64,000 bases of DNA from Neodothiora populina (taxonomy: Eukaryota), in the NCBI RefSeq assembly GCF_041146345.1, contig NW_027191408.1:124001-188000 (forward strand), read 5' to 3'. Positions 11,577 through 23,605 of this stretch are shown in pieces (the first letter of the stretch is position 1; the number at the start of each line of letters is the position of its first letter). A program made the position numbers and the translations under genes. Under the pieces are notes generated by a model. It made no database searches. It was not told the DNA's origin and was given only the letters and a program-made list of their open reading frames with translations.

Positions 11577-13008
11577 TTTTTTCGTTACCGTCACATACAC
11601 ATATGTCTCTCTCTCTTGAATTTCCTTGCATGCATTGTATCGAGATACCCTTTTTCTCCTTTCTTTCTGCTTTTATTATTCAAGCTCTGTAAGCCAGTCT
11701 CAGAGGGCTCTTTATATAGCCTCAGCAACAGAATGTCCTCCATTCATCTCTCTCGTGCCTTTCTCGCCTCGGAAGCACTGAACTAGCTCACGAGTAAAGC
11801 ACGGAACGATGGTGCCATATCCTAGCCGATATCAGAGCAGCATTATATACCTTGTGTCAAAACCTAGGGGCTGTAGTCGTCCTGCGCGGACAGCGCCACT
11901 GCGTGGAGCCTGCCTCTTCAGCTCGAGATGTCCTCTCCTCCCCGGTTTCTCCACTTACCTTGCCTAGGCAATTCCATGAAGCGCCAAAATAGTCTACAGG
12001 CACCCAATCTGCAAGATATAGTCCGCAAGAAGAGAACAGACCATGACAGATGGCTTGATCGGTTGGTTGATAGTTAACAGTTGATGTCAGGTATCTGGTG
12101 TCGGTTGGGCGACCCTGTCCTTTCTGCTTCGCTGGCGGCCACCGCGTGGTGTGGTCCACTCGACTGACTACCTAATTTACTGTACGCTTGATTTATTCGA
12201 GTGGTCTACTGCTTGCTTGGTTGGTTCGTTCGATTGTTTATATTCGATTGGTCGTGCTCCACTTTTCACTGGCGAGAAAAGGTGAGATTGATGAGATTGA
12301 TGAGCATGAAGGGCCTCCCGGTGATAAAGTGATCTTCGAAATCACTCACGCAGAGTCTAACAATACACCCCAGCGACGATAACGAAAATCCATGAAGGCG
12401 GCGCAGGATAGTTACCGAAATCAATATAGAGCTACAGTTGATTGTTTACTGCTTACTGCCTGCTGCCTGCTGCCTTAATAGATGATACCTACCTTTATAT
12501 TACCGTTAGGACTTATCGATAAATACCTAGTGAAGTAGAGTATGACGGAATTTTCGAGACTTAGGAGGTTGGATTGACTTGGTAATTGTGATGGTGAATA
12601 CACCATGCTTTGATGGTGTGCATTTTATGAGTATAGAGAGGACGGGGAATGGCAGGGGTTCTTGTTTTATGTTTCTACTCTTCTCATCTCTTCTCTTCGT
12701 TTTTTCTATTTGTTTCCTCAGATGAGAGGGACTGGGGTTGGAAGGATGTTGATGCGGTAGTGACTGGACCGTAGGTAGCGAATGTAGGGACGGTGGGTGA
12801 AGCGAGGAGCTCTGGTTTGGATTCTTCGACTCTTTTGACCAGGATGATTTATATTAGGGGTGTTCTCTTTTTTCTTGGTGCGTTTACATGGATTATCTGC
12901 ATAAGAGAATAACCACATGGGGCTGAGCCTCCTGTTGCTTAGTGATACGATCCCATTTCTTTCAGTTAAAGATAAGATGAGAAAGTAAGAAAAAGGAAAA
13001 AAATTGGA

Positions 13009-14740
13009 TCACACCGCCCCCTGCAACTCAGCCTCGATCAAGAACGGTGCATTCACAGCTTTATACCCCAAATCGACAATACTCGCATTGACAAACAGCG
13101 TGTTCCTGCCTCTCTTCAACTCCACCGCTTTCGCTTCGTCCTGCGTCTCTTCCACGAACTCGTCGTCGACATCCATCAGTGCCTGAGCAGCGGACTGTGG
13201 TTGAGACGATGTTGTGACGGTGGTCAATGACGATAGATCGAGTCTGACGCTGCGGTCTCTGGCGATGTCAGTCTCCGGCGGAAAAGAGACTTGTGCGCCG
13301 CTGCTTTTGGAGTCGCCGTGGGTACTGGGAGTGATGGCTGTGCGCCAGGTTTCGGTCATGTACGTGTCTACAGTGGTGCTTGTTGTGTCGTTCTTGCTGT
13401 CGGAAGCCTTTGCGCTGTCATTGTTGGCCCACTCGACGAGTCTGGCGCCGTAGCCTTCGTGAATATGCCCGAAACAGTGGATCAGAGGCTTTGCTCGGCT
13501 GATCGCGTGCAGGAGGTGAGGACATCCTACGTTCAAGCCAGTAGCTGTGAGGTCTAATTGTTTGTACGGAGGTCCGTGGGTGATGACTACGTCGACATTT
13601 CGTTCTGATTCTTCTGTTGAAGATGCAGAAAAGGATGGAATCGGGTTTTGACAGATGTTCGTCGTTTTATCGAAGGAGTGTGTGTGTGAGTTGAAGCTGT
13701 CGTGGGTTTTGACCGGGTAGGCAAACCCCCAATCTTGGAAGTCGGGGGTGTAGGGGGATGCGTAGATCTGCTGTGGTCTTAGGGAATGACAAAGGATGAC
13801 GATGGTGGAGAATGGACTCACGCGCAATAATGCTCCATTATCGAGTCTAAAAGTATGACTCCCTTCGTCGAGAAACACAACTCCTTCTTTTCGTGCCACT
13901 CCGCCCTCTTTCGTCCAAAAGTCTCTAGCCTCTTGGTATACGCTTTTACAATCCCTGCGTACTTGCCTTTCTGCCTTGGAAACGCTAGCTTTCTTGTCTA
14001 AAGGGTCATTCTCCTCCTCCATGGCGACAAATCGCCAGTCTTTCTCGCGATGATTGGACATCCATTTTTCCTCGAGTGAAAGATCATGATTACCTGCTAT
14101 CACTAGTTTCAAGGGTGCCGAGGAGGCGCGGAGAACATCTAGAGTGGCGTTGTAGTCTGGAACAGAACCCGTCATTGTCATGTCTCTATGTTCACACATC
14201 TTTTAGTCCTCTTGTTCTTCTGGCTCTTGATGTGGCAGGGTTGGCATGATGGACCGCCGTACCAGCACGATATAAGCGAATAGGAAAGAAAATGATACAA
14301 ACATGTCTTTCGTCATGTAACAAGGAAGTATGTTGGGAATATGAAAAGATGATGATGATCAAGGAGAAGAAAATTGATTCGCAAGATACCTAGTATACCC
14401 AGGTCGCCTTCAAGATGAAACGAGATGAAGATACCAGTTCATGATCAGGTATCCATCCATCCGCTCGCACCCTCCAATCATCGTTAACAACAAGCAAAGA
14501 GAAGAGAAAGTGAATCGAAGACATAAACCACAAGAAAAGAAATGCGAAAAGCACGACTCACCCACAATGTATCAAGACATCAGCATCAGGCAGCGGCTCC
14601 CTAAACGCCCGTGGCGGATCATGAGGATAATCATTCTGCAAAGGACGACTATGCGTGTCCGAAATGATGAGAATGCGAGTTTTGATCCCTGAGGCTGGCA
14701 TGGTCTTTGCTTCGTCTGGGTAACCTTGTCCTTCTGTCAT
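13009..14740 (-). CDS. Calcineurin-like metallophosphoesterase (MPPED-like). Exons 14740-14562, 14185-13822, about 13767-13009
   Basis: All five metal-binding motifs appear after splicing: IISDTH, IHCG|D (across intron 14186-14561), IAGNHD, ITHGPP, CFGHIHE. The second intron runs from 13821 to 13768 or 13771 (GTGAGT...CAG). Confidence 0.88.
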
Positions 14741-15326
14741 GTGTGATGCTCAAAGGTTAAGGTTGTGTGGTTGCTGACCTTTGTAGCATACATGTCACGT
14801 CGGGTAAGAGTAATCCGGAGGTGGGGAATGGATCACCCGAGGTGTAGGTAGCGCCATCAAGGTCATGAATATTCAGTAGACGAGTTGGCTGCCTGCAGGT
14901 GACGATCACAGTATTGTGTGGTAGTCCAGGTTCATAGACGGCAACACATGTTTCATGTTCACATTCATAGGATATACACTCAGACGGAAAACAAAGTCGA
15001 CAGGATCATCAGTTGGGCAGAACAGCGAGAGCACTGGAATGGCATTTTGGTGCGAGTCTTTTGAAATTTTGAATAGGACCTTCTTTTTGTAACAAGCCCT
15101 GCTTCGTTTTTCCTTTTCCTTTCCCTCTTCCTTCTGCCCAGGAGAGAAGATGGGAAAAAAATTCGTAACAGAAGCGCTTGCGGTCATAAGCAACATAGAC
15201 GCCAAGCCATGGAACACCATTCCCTCCACCATGCACGGAACATTTTTCAATAACATGCATTTGCTCCGCATCTCCAGTCAACCACAAGCAGCAGCAACAT
15301 ATTCTCAGCAAAGAGAAAATGTACGC

Positions 15327-15973
15327 TTACTTGCGGATGGCACGCTGGTAGAAAGCGAGCTCCTCACCCTCGAGGATGTAACCGTCGACACGGCCGGACT
15401 GGCCAGGACGGGAGGCAATGACGGCGTAAAGACGACCGGCCTCGAATTGTCTCTCGAGAGCAGACTCGACCTTGGCGTTGCGGCCGGCGTGTTTCTTCTC
15501 GACGGACTTGCTCTTCTTCTCCTCGGTGGTGGCGGCGGCATCCTTTTGTCTGCGGCGGCCAATGTTGGCGCCGTAGTGGGCCTCGTACCACTGACGGAAA
15601 GGAGCAGCATCGACCTGGACGACGGCGGCCTTGGTCAAGGTGTTGGTACGGACGAGCTCGTTGTTGGAGGGGTGGAAAGCGACAGCAATGACGCGGACCT
15701 TGCGGGCAATGCCCTCAGATCCCCAGGAGAAGTTGCCGGAGTCGAGACGGAGAGCGCGGAACTTGCGGTTACCACCACGGGTACGGACGAGATGGATACG
15801 CTTGGAGCCAATACGGGTGTTGGCGGGCTGGCGGCCCTTCTCGAAAGCTCTGATGTTCTTGTCAGACAAGTCTACCAGAAGCAGTCGGTTTATGCATACC
15901 TCTTCTTGCGATAGTATGCGCGCTTAGCACCGGTGGCGCTGCGCTTGTGACGCGAGTCACGAGAGATACCCAT
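15327..15973 (-). CDS. RPS8: 40S ribosomal protein S8 (eS8). Exons 15973-15900, 15849-15327
   Basis: [39 protein letters not shown]...[21 protein letters not shown]. Intron 15850-15899 (GTATGC...CAG). Strong codon bias. Confidence 0.98.
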
Positions 15974-15994
15974 ATTGTCGTGTGGTGAAAGTTA

Positions 15995-16317
15995 CTGTTT
16001 GGAAGGATGTCAGCGTGTGCTTCTGCTTCAGGTCAAGGGAAAATTGAAGGGAGAATATTTCCAGAGATGGTTCCTTTCAGAAGCAGAAAGACAACAGGCC
16101 TCTTGAGCCGAGAGTCGATGATGCCGCATGGATGCAATTGCTGGTCGCCCTTTCAGTCTCTTGATGTTGTTGATTCTCGCGTGCCTGAAGAGAAGTGCGC
16201 TTGCGAATTGCTCGTTGGCCATGCTGACACTTTTCGAATAACCCCGGAAGAAGCGAGTGTGTGTTTTCTCTATCTGTCCACTCTTTCTGTATTTCTCCAA
16301 CAAGACTGGCGACTCAC
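15995..16317 (-). other. 5'-UTR intron of RPS8 (323 nt)
   Basis: Donor GTGAGT at 16317, branch GCTGAC near 16014-16009, acceptor ACAG ending 15995, which is 21 nt before the ATG. Confidence 0.7.
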
Positions 16318-16756
16318 GTTGACTTGTTCACCTGGAAAGGGTCGAGTTGGCTTTGTCGTCAAAAGGTCGCGGACTGGCAAAGAAGTCTTTGTGCGTTCAA
16401 AAGTCGGGGACTGGAAAATCCCACCCTTCGCTTAGCGCTCTAGTGTGATGCCGAATATCTGCCGGCTGGAGATGCCAAGGCTCCGAGACGGTGAAGCATG
16501 AGCCAGCAAAAAGCGACAAGATTTCAGGGTCTAATGACACAGACTCAGCTTTGCCTTTCGCATACACAGGTACCTTAAGTCAAGTGGACGGGGTCACATT
16601 TGTGTAGCCGCAGATAGGCATGTCGACGGACAGAACAGATATATAGATAAATATAGAGAACTAAAAGAAAAAGACAAAAGCTCGCTCGCCAGCTGAAGAT
16701 GCACCATCGCGAATGTAGCTTGACTCGAAACAAAAGGAATCTGTACACAAGACCAC

Positions 16757-18256
16757 TCAAAGCTTCTGACAAAAGTCGCGCCCATGAGAGACCTGCCAAG
16801 AGCAAAGACCCGTCTCCAAACCCATGCCGATGAATCCAGCAATACATATACCAGCCGAGTCGCTGACGCTGGTCGCACCCAGGCTGAACTCTCGGTCTTC
16901 TTCTCTGATCTCCTCGCCAATTCGTCTGAAAGTGCTCACATACACAATACCTCCGAGCAGACCTTCCCAAAACGTGATTATGAAGATGATATAAACGTTG
17001 GGTATGAACGGATACGCGGCATGTAGTGTCAGGGCAGCCAGGTTCAGACACTGAAGTAGAGTAGGAACATAGAGGGACTTGATGCGCAAGAACGGCAGCG
17101 AAGAGCGTGAAATGAAGACACCGAGCTGATAGAGCGCGCTGTAGGTGGGGTAGAACGCGCGAAACTCGGAAAAGGGTGTTTCTTTTAGAGGGAAAAGGAG
17201 AGTCGGCGCGACACCTTGGTTGATTGTGTACTCGGCAATGTAGACTAGCAGCAAAGGCAGCATGCTTTGCAATCCAGGTTCAGCGGCGGTCATCAAATCG
17301 GGCACACACGATCACGACTTACTAAGGGAAAAAGAGACAACGAGCTCGCAGTAGCTTGGACTTGACAGCTGTCCAGGGAGATGATTTGCCATGTCGCGCA
17401 GACGTGGATACGTGCGCATTGTGTGGACTGTGACTCAAGAGACTAGCACCGTCACTTGTCTCGGCTTCTCCGTCGTCGATTTCGGGTACGTTCTGGTAGC
17501 CTCCCTTTTTTCGCAGCGCTGTTCTCAGAGGCTCTCGTGGGAGCACAGCGAAGAAGCTGAGCAGCATGATTATGGGGAGGAAGGAGAAAGCCAGAAGACT
17601 TGTCCTCACGCTCAACCCTATCGTGGTTGTAGCGAGCACGTATGCGCCAGCACCTATCAACCCAGCGCCACCGGTTCCGCTGCCCCATGACGCAAGACTG
17701 AACGAGCCGTAGTAATGTGTCAATCCAAGAAAGCTAAGCTCACCACCACCGGAGCTCAGGGAAGCCAATACGACACCCGACATTTTCACCAAGATCTCAG
17801 TTGTGCCGGGTGGGGTCGTGGTCTTGTGACCGTCCGCGATTGAACTGGGCGTGAGGGCGATGAGCAGCATGCCGCTTGTGGAGAGGGCGACAAAGGCCAG
17901 GACGCGCAGGCTATACGAGACATTGTGAATGTAATATGGCGCGGTGAGTTTTACAAGGAAAGAAGGGATGACATCGAAGAGCAACACGGCCGACTTTGGT
18001 ATGTGGGGGCCGACAAGATCTAGTGCAGCAGAGAGAATGATCACGTAAAGAACATTGTTGATGAGGCCTGAGTACGCATGCGCATCAGCTGAACAGTGTC
18101 CGGTCGTGGTGAGAAGCAAGGGAGGGTCGGAAGGGAGAAAGTACCAAAAAGCCAGAAGGCGATACAGACTCTGGCATCGGCACCCTCGAACAGGGCAGAC
18201 AAGCGAGCGCGGTATAGAGAAAGGGAAGAACCAGGGGCGCCAGGCAACGGCAGCAT
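16757..18256 (-). CDS. BTN1: Battenin/CLN3 family vacuolar membrane protein. Exons 18256-18145, 18067-17323, 17264-16757
   Basis: [88 protein letters not shown]. Introns 18068-18144 and 17265-17322. Confidence 0.95.
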
Positions 18257-18880
18257 CGGGTCGGCAGGGAAGTCGCCTGTTGTACTTGGTGAAGTGCGCA
18301 AGCACTACGAGGCGGACCTACACGACAGCACGACGGCAGAGCAAACAATAGATGTTCGTGGTGGAATTTGACAGAAGTGGAGCGATTAATTTAAATGCTA
18401 GATTGATATTGATATGCTGTGTTTGCAGTGCAGCTAACAGCGTCAGCAGACAAGGTGAGAAACAATCAAGATACACCGTTATACTGCTGTTGCGGCAAGC
18501 AGATACGGATATTTTGTACAAAGGTACTGTACAGTCAGTATCTCGAGTGACGGGAGATAGATGACCTTTCAAGGCAACCTCGAAGGTCGAGTAAGGGGCG
18601 GCTTCGAAGCTGTGAAGCTAAGCCGAAACAAGGCACTCGGGTACTGGCCCGTAAGCGGTACCTACAGCCCCGTACCTTACAGGGTGCGTAACGGTACCGT
18701 AATCAGGATGATTACGAGAGGCACAAGAGCAAGGTACACAGGTACGCGTTGAGCGGGTACCTTTTGGTCAGAGCTGCTCTGCCTCGAGAGGAGTACTGTA
18801 TAGAGGATGAGGCACAAGATGCGGGCAAGTGTCGCACGATCCCCTCGATAGTTCGGCTCACCAGAGGGAAGCGTCAGCGT

Positions 18881-18908
18881 GAGTATCGAGTATCGAGTAT
18901 CGAGTATC
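18881..18908. repeat. Tandem heptamer (GAGTATC)x4
   Basis: Read directly in the BTN1/RXT3 divergent intergenic region. Confidence 0.85.
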
Positions 18909-19525
18909 TTACCTTGTTGAACCCCTCAACGCGGTGAGCACAGCACACAAGCACTGCGAAGCTGTCACGGATGTAGAGAGCTGATGCGAATGTCGGTCGG
19001 CGGCGATAAGGTACAGTACAACCGATGATCGTTTCCCGATGACGCGAACATGTGGAAAGTGGAAAATTTAGTGGAACCCAAGATTTGACTTCACCGTGCT
19101 TCTGAGCTTTTCCAGCTTTTCCAGGGACCAGCTGGGGACTAGAGAGCAGACTAGAGAGCAGATGTGCCAGCACCGCTAGACCCAATCTGGATGCAGACTG
19201 GGACGCGCCCTTTAGCCTGCCTTCCCCCAGTTCTCTTGTTTCTTGTCTGGTCCTGTCTTGTTCTCTTGTCCGTTCGTGCCATATCCCCTGTTCTCTCTGC
19301 ATGTCGTCCTGCACTAACCCAGCGAATGTCACAAAACGAACATAGCAGGAAGACTGCCCTTGCCCTTGCCTCCAGCTCTCGAACAGCATATGCGTGACAT
19401 GCAGCTCGTCCAAAGCTCTCTTTGAAGCACTGGGCGCACGGGACCAGCGCCAGCAGCAGCAGTAGCAGCAGCAGTTAGAAGACAACAGTGCCAGTGCACA
19501 CACGGACACCCTCCTAGCCCTTCCG

Positions 19526-19567
19526 CTGTCCACTCTGTCCACTCTGTCCACTCTGTCCACTCTGTCC
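19526..19567. repeat. Tandem decamer (CTGTCCACT)-type repeat, about 4 copies, in the RXT3 5' leader
   Basis: ctgtccactctgtccactctgtccactctgtccactctgtcc read directly. Confidence 0.85.
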
Positions 19568-19638
19568 GGAGCCTCTCGCGACTTCTTCCTCTTTCTCCCT
19601 ATCCGTTTCTCGACGCCGAGTCGAGAAGGCACAACACC

Positions 19639-20629
19639 ATGGATCGATATGACCAAACACGTTACGAGGATAGATCTGTAGCCCACCTCACCGCTGCCAA
19701 CCACCACCAACAAGCACAACAGCAGTCACAGCCGCCGCCTGCCTTTACACAGTACAATCGTCCTCCCACAGCCCAGCCGCCGGTCCACCTGCCATATACC
19801 GACCCTTTCCACAATCGGGACCCTTTCATGCCCTCGACACACAGCAGAAGGAGCAGTTATGGTCCGGGTGCTGGCCCCGACTCTTATGGGCATGCGGAAA
19901 GGACTTGGGGTTCACAATCATCAGGTACGCTCGACGAATATTTCCTTTGACCCTTGCAAGACTACACAGCACGTGCCTCGAGCAGCTGAGGGGGCAGGTT
20001 TGGTATCACAAAGATGTGACTTCTTTTGTCACGAAACATGCGCCGTGTTGGAGTAAGGGAAAGGAAAAGAGCCCGATCTCCCAAGATGTGTCAATGGCGA
20101 CTTTCAGCCTCAGGCCTCTATGATCTGCAGACGGCGTGGCGTGCACCATTGTCGGTACAGGGAGCTGTGAAGGCTTCGACTCGCTCATGCACGATACAGA
20201 TTTGGGGCACTGAGAATCTGACACGGACTTTGTTTCGAAACGAGAGAAAAATGACACGAGAGGTCTACATGGTTTCTGTACCTTACCCAAACCCTGTCCT
20301 GCCCTCCTCTTGCTGCTCCCCCTGCTGTACAGCTGTTCCCCTGCATTGCGCTGCTGCAACATTCTTCCAAATCGCACAGACATTGTTTTTTTTACTTTCC
20401 TCCTTCTGCTTTCTGTGTCATGGAAGCGAAGCACAAGCCACATCAGCACCAAGGGTTCGGGAGTCCCACGCGAACCGTGCATCCGCCTCGGATCTGCCAC
20501 CCGCTGTGGAGCTAAATTCGCGCTTAGAAAAAACACAGAAAAGTCATGTACGAGAGGTACCGCATACTGTAAATAGGGCTGACCCCGGGATTTTACCTTA
20601 GTAGCTCCGCCAAGTCATCATCAGAAACA

Positions 20630-20660
<31 letters not shown>

Positions 20661-23605
20661 GCAGCAGCAGCAGCTTCGCAACACCAAGCTACAGCATCAT
20701 CCTCGTCGTCTACCCATCCGCAATCTGCCCATTCGGCTCACTCGGCCCCATCGAATGCGCCGAGTCAGATGTCATATCCCTATGAATCCGCCCGGCGTCG
20801 CTCCGTAGGCGGCGCCGGGAGCCCACCTCGTTTTGCTGCAGGTAAGAAAGAAAAGACATCATCACCATCACGGCCCAAGGCACTTTTCATCATCAATCAT
20901 CAATCATCATTACAATCTCTGACAAGTCATCAACAGGTCCCCTTGACCCTCTGCCCCCGCCACCACCTCCGCCGCCGTCTTTCGCGTCGCGCACCATGCC
21001 GCCACCCTCGCCGACATCAGCCAACCCCAACTCCTCTTCCTTTCCTGTGCCTGCACCGCGGCCCCCTCCATCTGCGTCGCCCTTCACTGCGTCACGCGAC
21101 ATGCCTCCTTACGCGTCGAGATCCGGACCGTCCATGTCTATATCTTCTCTGATCGGAGGAGACAGCGGCAGACACGGCAATCATTCTCCGCGCACCAACG
21201 CGACAGCGCCATCGCCCACTATCAGACCCATCCACCCGCCATCGCCGCAACGCGCACGCTCAGCCAGTACACGCATGGAACATGCACAATACGGGAGACC
21301 GCCGAGTCCGACTACATCTTACGCGCCCCGATCCGATCCCCGGCCCCCAACCGTGCCGCCAGGTCGTACATCATCGGATCACTCTCAGTCCCAGTCTGCG
21401 CCCTCACACCAACATCCTCACCCTCCACCACCATTCGCCCAGCCCAGCGTGGCTGGTTTCCGCCCCTATCAGTCGTCTCCCTCGTCAGTCCAGGGTGAAG
21501 AGATGGCACACAATCCTGCTCATCCCCCGCCGCGGCCGAACAGTCAGCCGACGCAACAGTCCCAGGCAGAGGCCGAGGCGCAACGAAGACAGGACTTCTA
21601 CGAGCGCAGCCATTACCAACCTTCGTTCAGGTCATACACCGAACAGCACGAAAGATTCGCCAATCCTGCCAGTCACCACCCGCCGCCACCGCCTCCACTG
21701 CCTCCTCTGTCTCATTCCTCTGAGCGACCCGGCCCCCAGCATGAGCATCTCGCGAACGGCCACTCAGGCCATCAAGCGCGCATGAGTCCTCACCCATCCC
21801 AGGCTGCTCGACCTCCTCCTGGTGCCAACGCGCAAGACCATACACGCGACAATTACGCTGCCGCGCTTCGAGAGGATCAACACGCTGGCCAATACAGACA
21901 ATCTTTCAACCAATATGGAAACCGTCGTTCACCCCCGCACGCGCAGAACGGGTCCCGAGAAGAGCTGGATTATCGTGCACCACGTGCCGAGATGATATTC
22001 GGACGGCCTGTTTACCGACACACTCCACCACCTGCCGATGCGGGGCGATACGATCCGGCTTCCAGGCCACCGCCTTCATCACAGTATCCACACCACATGT
22101 ACGAGAGTCATCCTCACGATCAGCACGCACGCCGAGAAGAGGGCCCTGGTGGTCTTCACCATCGCGCGCTGCTGGACGTCAGCGCCGAGATGGCTCGCAA
22201 GAATGGTCGCTCCTCGCCCTTGCCGCAAGCCGTGCAAGGGGCCCAGCCTCGCCACATCGGGCCAACAGCCGACCCGGGCATAAAGAACGAGTTTGGTCGC
22301 ATGTTCCCCGGCCTCGGTTTGGGACACATCAGCAGCACTCCGACCGCTGCAATGTCCACCAATGGCATGGCCACTCCTTCCCGCATGAGCCCCGCTATGT
22401 TGGTAGATCCCAACGAGCATGTGGGCACCGACAACGAAGTCGCGTCGAACCATTCACGAAGCAACAAGCGAAGCCGCAAGCCGAGAAATGATGTCGACAA
22501 GGTGGATGCTGACGAGGCAAGAAACGACTCGACACCCACTCAGCATCAGAACAAACGAGCCAAGACGAACCACCCACCCCATCACCACCACCATCACGCG
22601 CATCATCATCACCATCATCACCGTCCCGAGGAGCAAAGCTTGAGTGCACCGAGTCCCTTCAACACGATACGTTTCCCCGCGAATCCCAGCGCCCCCACAG
22701 CGGCAGCTCACCACCACCACCATCATCACCACGCCGTACACGCCCACGTCCCTCCACACCATCATCACCACACTCCAAAGCCCATGCCATCACCTCCACG
22801 AGCCGAGATTACTGTTTCGAATCAAGCTGTTCTATCGAATATTTCGCAGAGGCCACGCAAGCATCTCGGCTACGAACTCTACAAGACCAGGCTCGGTCTG
22901 CCTCCGAGGGATTCGACTCCGTTGGATACAAAGCTACACTTCAAGAGTCAGATGAGACCCATACCATTCTTCGAGGACAAGGAGAATTGCACATTCACGA
23001 TCAGAGTGCCGCGCGGCTATCTCAAGGCGATCACCACCCCACAAGACGAGCAATTTGCCGTCGCCGGTGGTCTAGAAGAGATTTGCAAGACGCGAGCCGT
23101 ATGGGGCACCGAGATTTACACCGACGACTCGGATGTCGTAGCCGCCGCTGTCCACTCTGGCTGGCTCCGTGGTGACTTTGGCGACTACAATGCTGACATT
23201 GTCGATCTCTTCGCCGAAGATGGCGAGTCTACCTTTGCTCCAGTCGGCGCTCTGATTTCTGCGAAGCCCGAGATCCCTCTCCGGCCCGCCGACGATGCAG
23301 ACTTGCACATTACCGTGCTCCTGGCGCCTCCCTTGAGCAAGTACGCAGCGACCACCCAGCATCATCTGCGCTCACGCGAATGGGGATCAGATCACGATGG
23401 CATGAGCTTCATGATCCACTCGATGCAATTCGTGCGCGAGGGCAAAGCGAGCAGGTATGCCGAGCGCACCGCCGCTGCTAGACATCAGCGCATCGCCGAA
23501 GATCTCAAGAGGAGAGACGAGGCCGCCGAGACCCTGGTGGGTCTTTTGCGTGGCAGCAGAGACGGACGAGGAGAGAATAAGTCGGTGTCTGTCAGTGCTT
23601 ACTGA
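19639..23605 (+). CDS. RXT3: RXT3-domain subunit of the Rpd3L histone deacetylase complex with long Pro/His/Gln-rich N-terminus. Exons 19639-19924, 20602-20841, 20937-23605
   Basis: C-terminal Rxt3 motifs NCTFTIRVPR, RAVWGTEIYTDDSDVVAAAVHSGW, DLHITVLLAPPL..Y and RSREWGSDHDGMSFMI. Introns 19925-20601 and 20842-20936 join three ORFs in frame. Confidence 0.88.

Noticed and set aside
14186..14561. Possible intronic C/D snoRNA in the 376-nt phosphoesterase intron
   Set aside because: Only a weak CGATGA...CTGA pair at short spacing, with no terminal stem or recognisable rRNA guide.
19526..19567. Direct repeats as a CRISPR-like array
   Set aside because: Head-to-tail simple repeats without spacers, in a eukaryotic genome.
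18874..19719. 281-aa - strand ORF with DRV repeats and a Cys run
   Set aside because: It is the translation of microsatellites in the RXT3 leader and is antisense to RXT3 exon 1.
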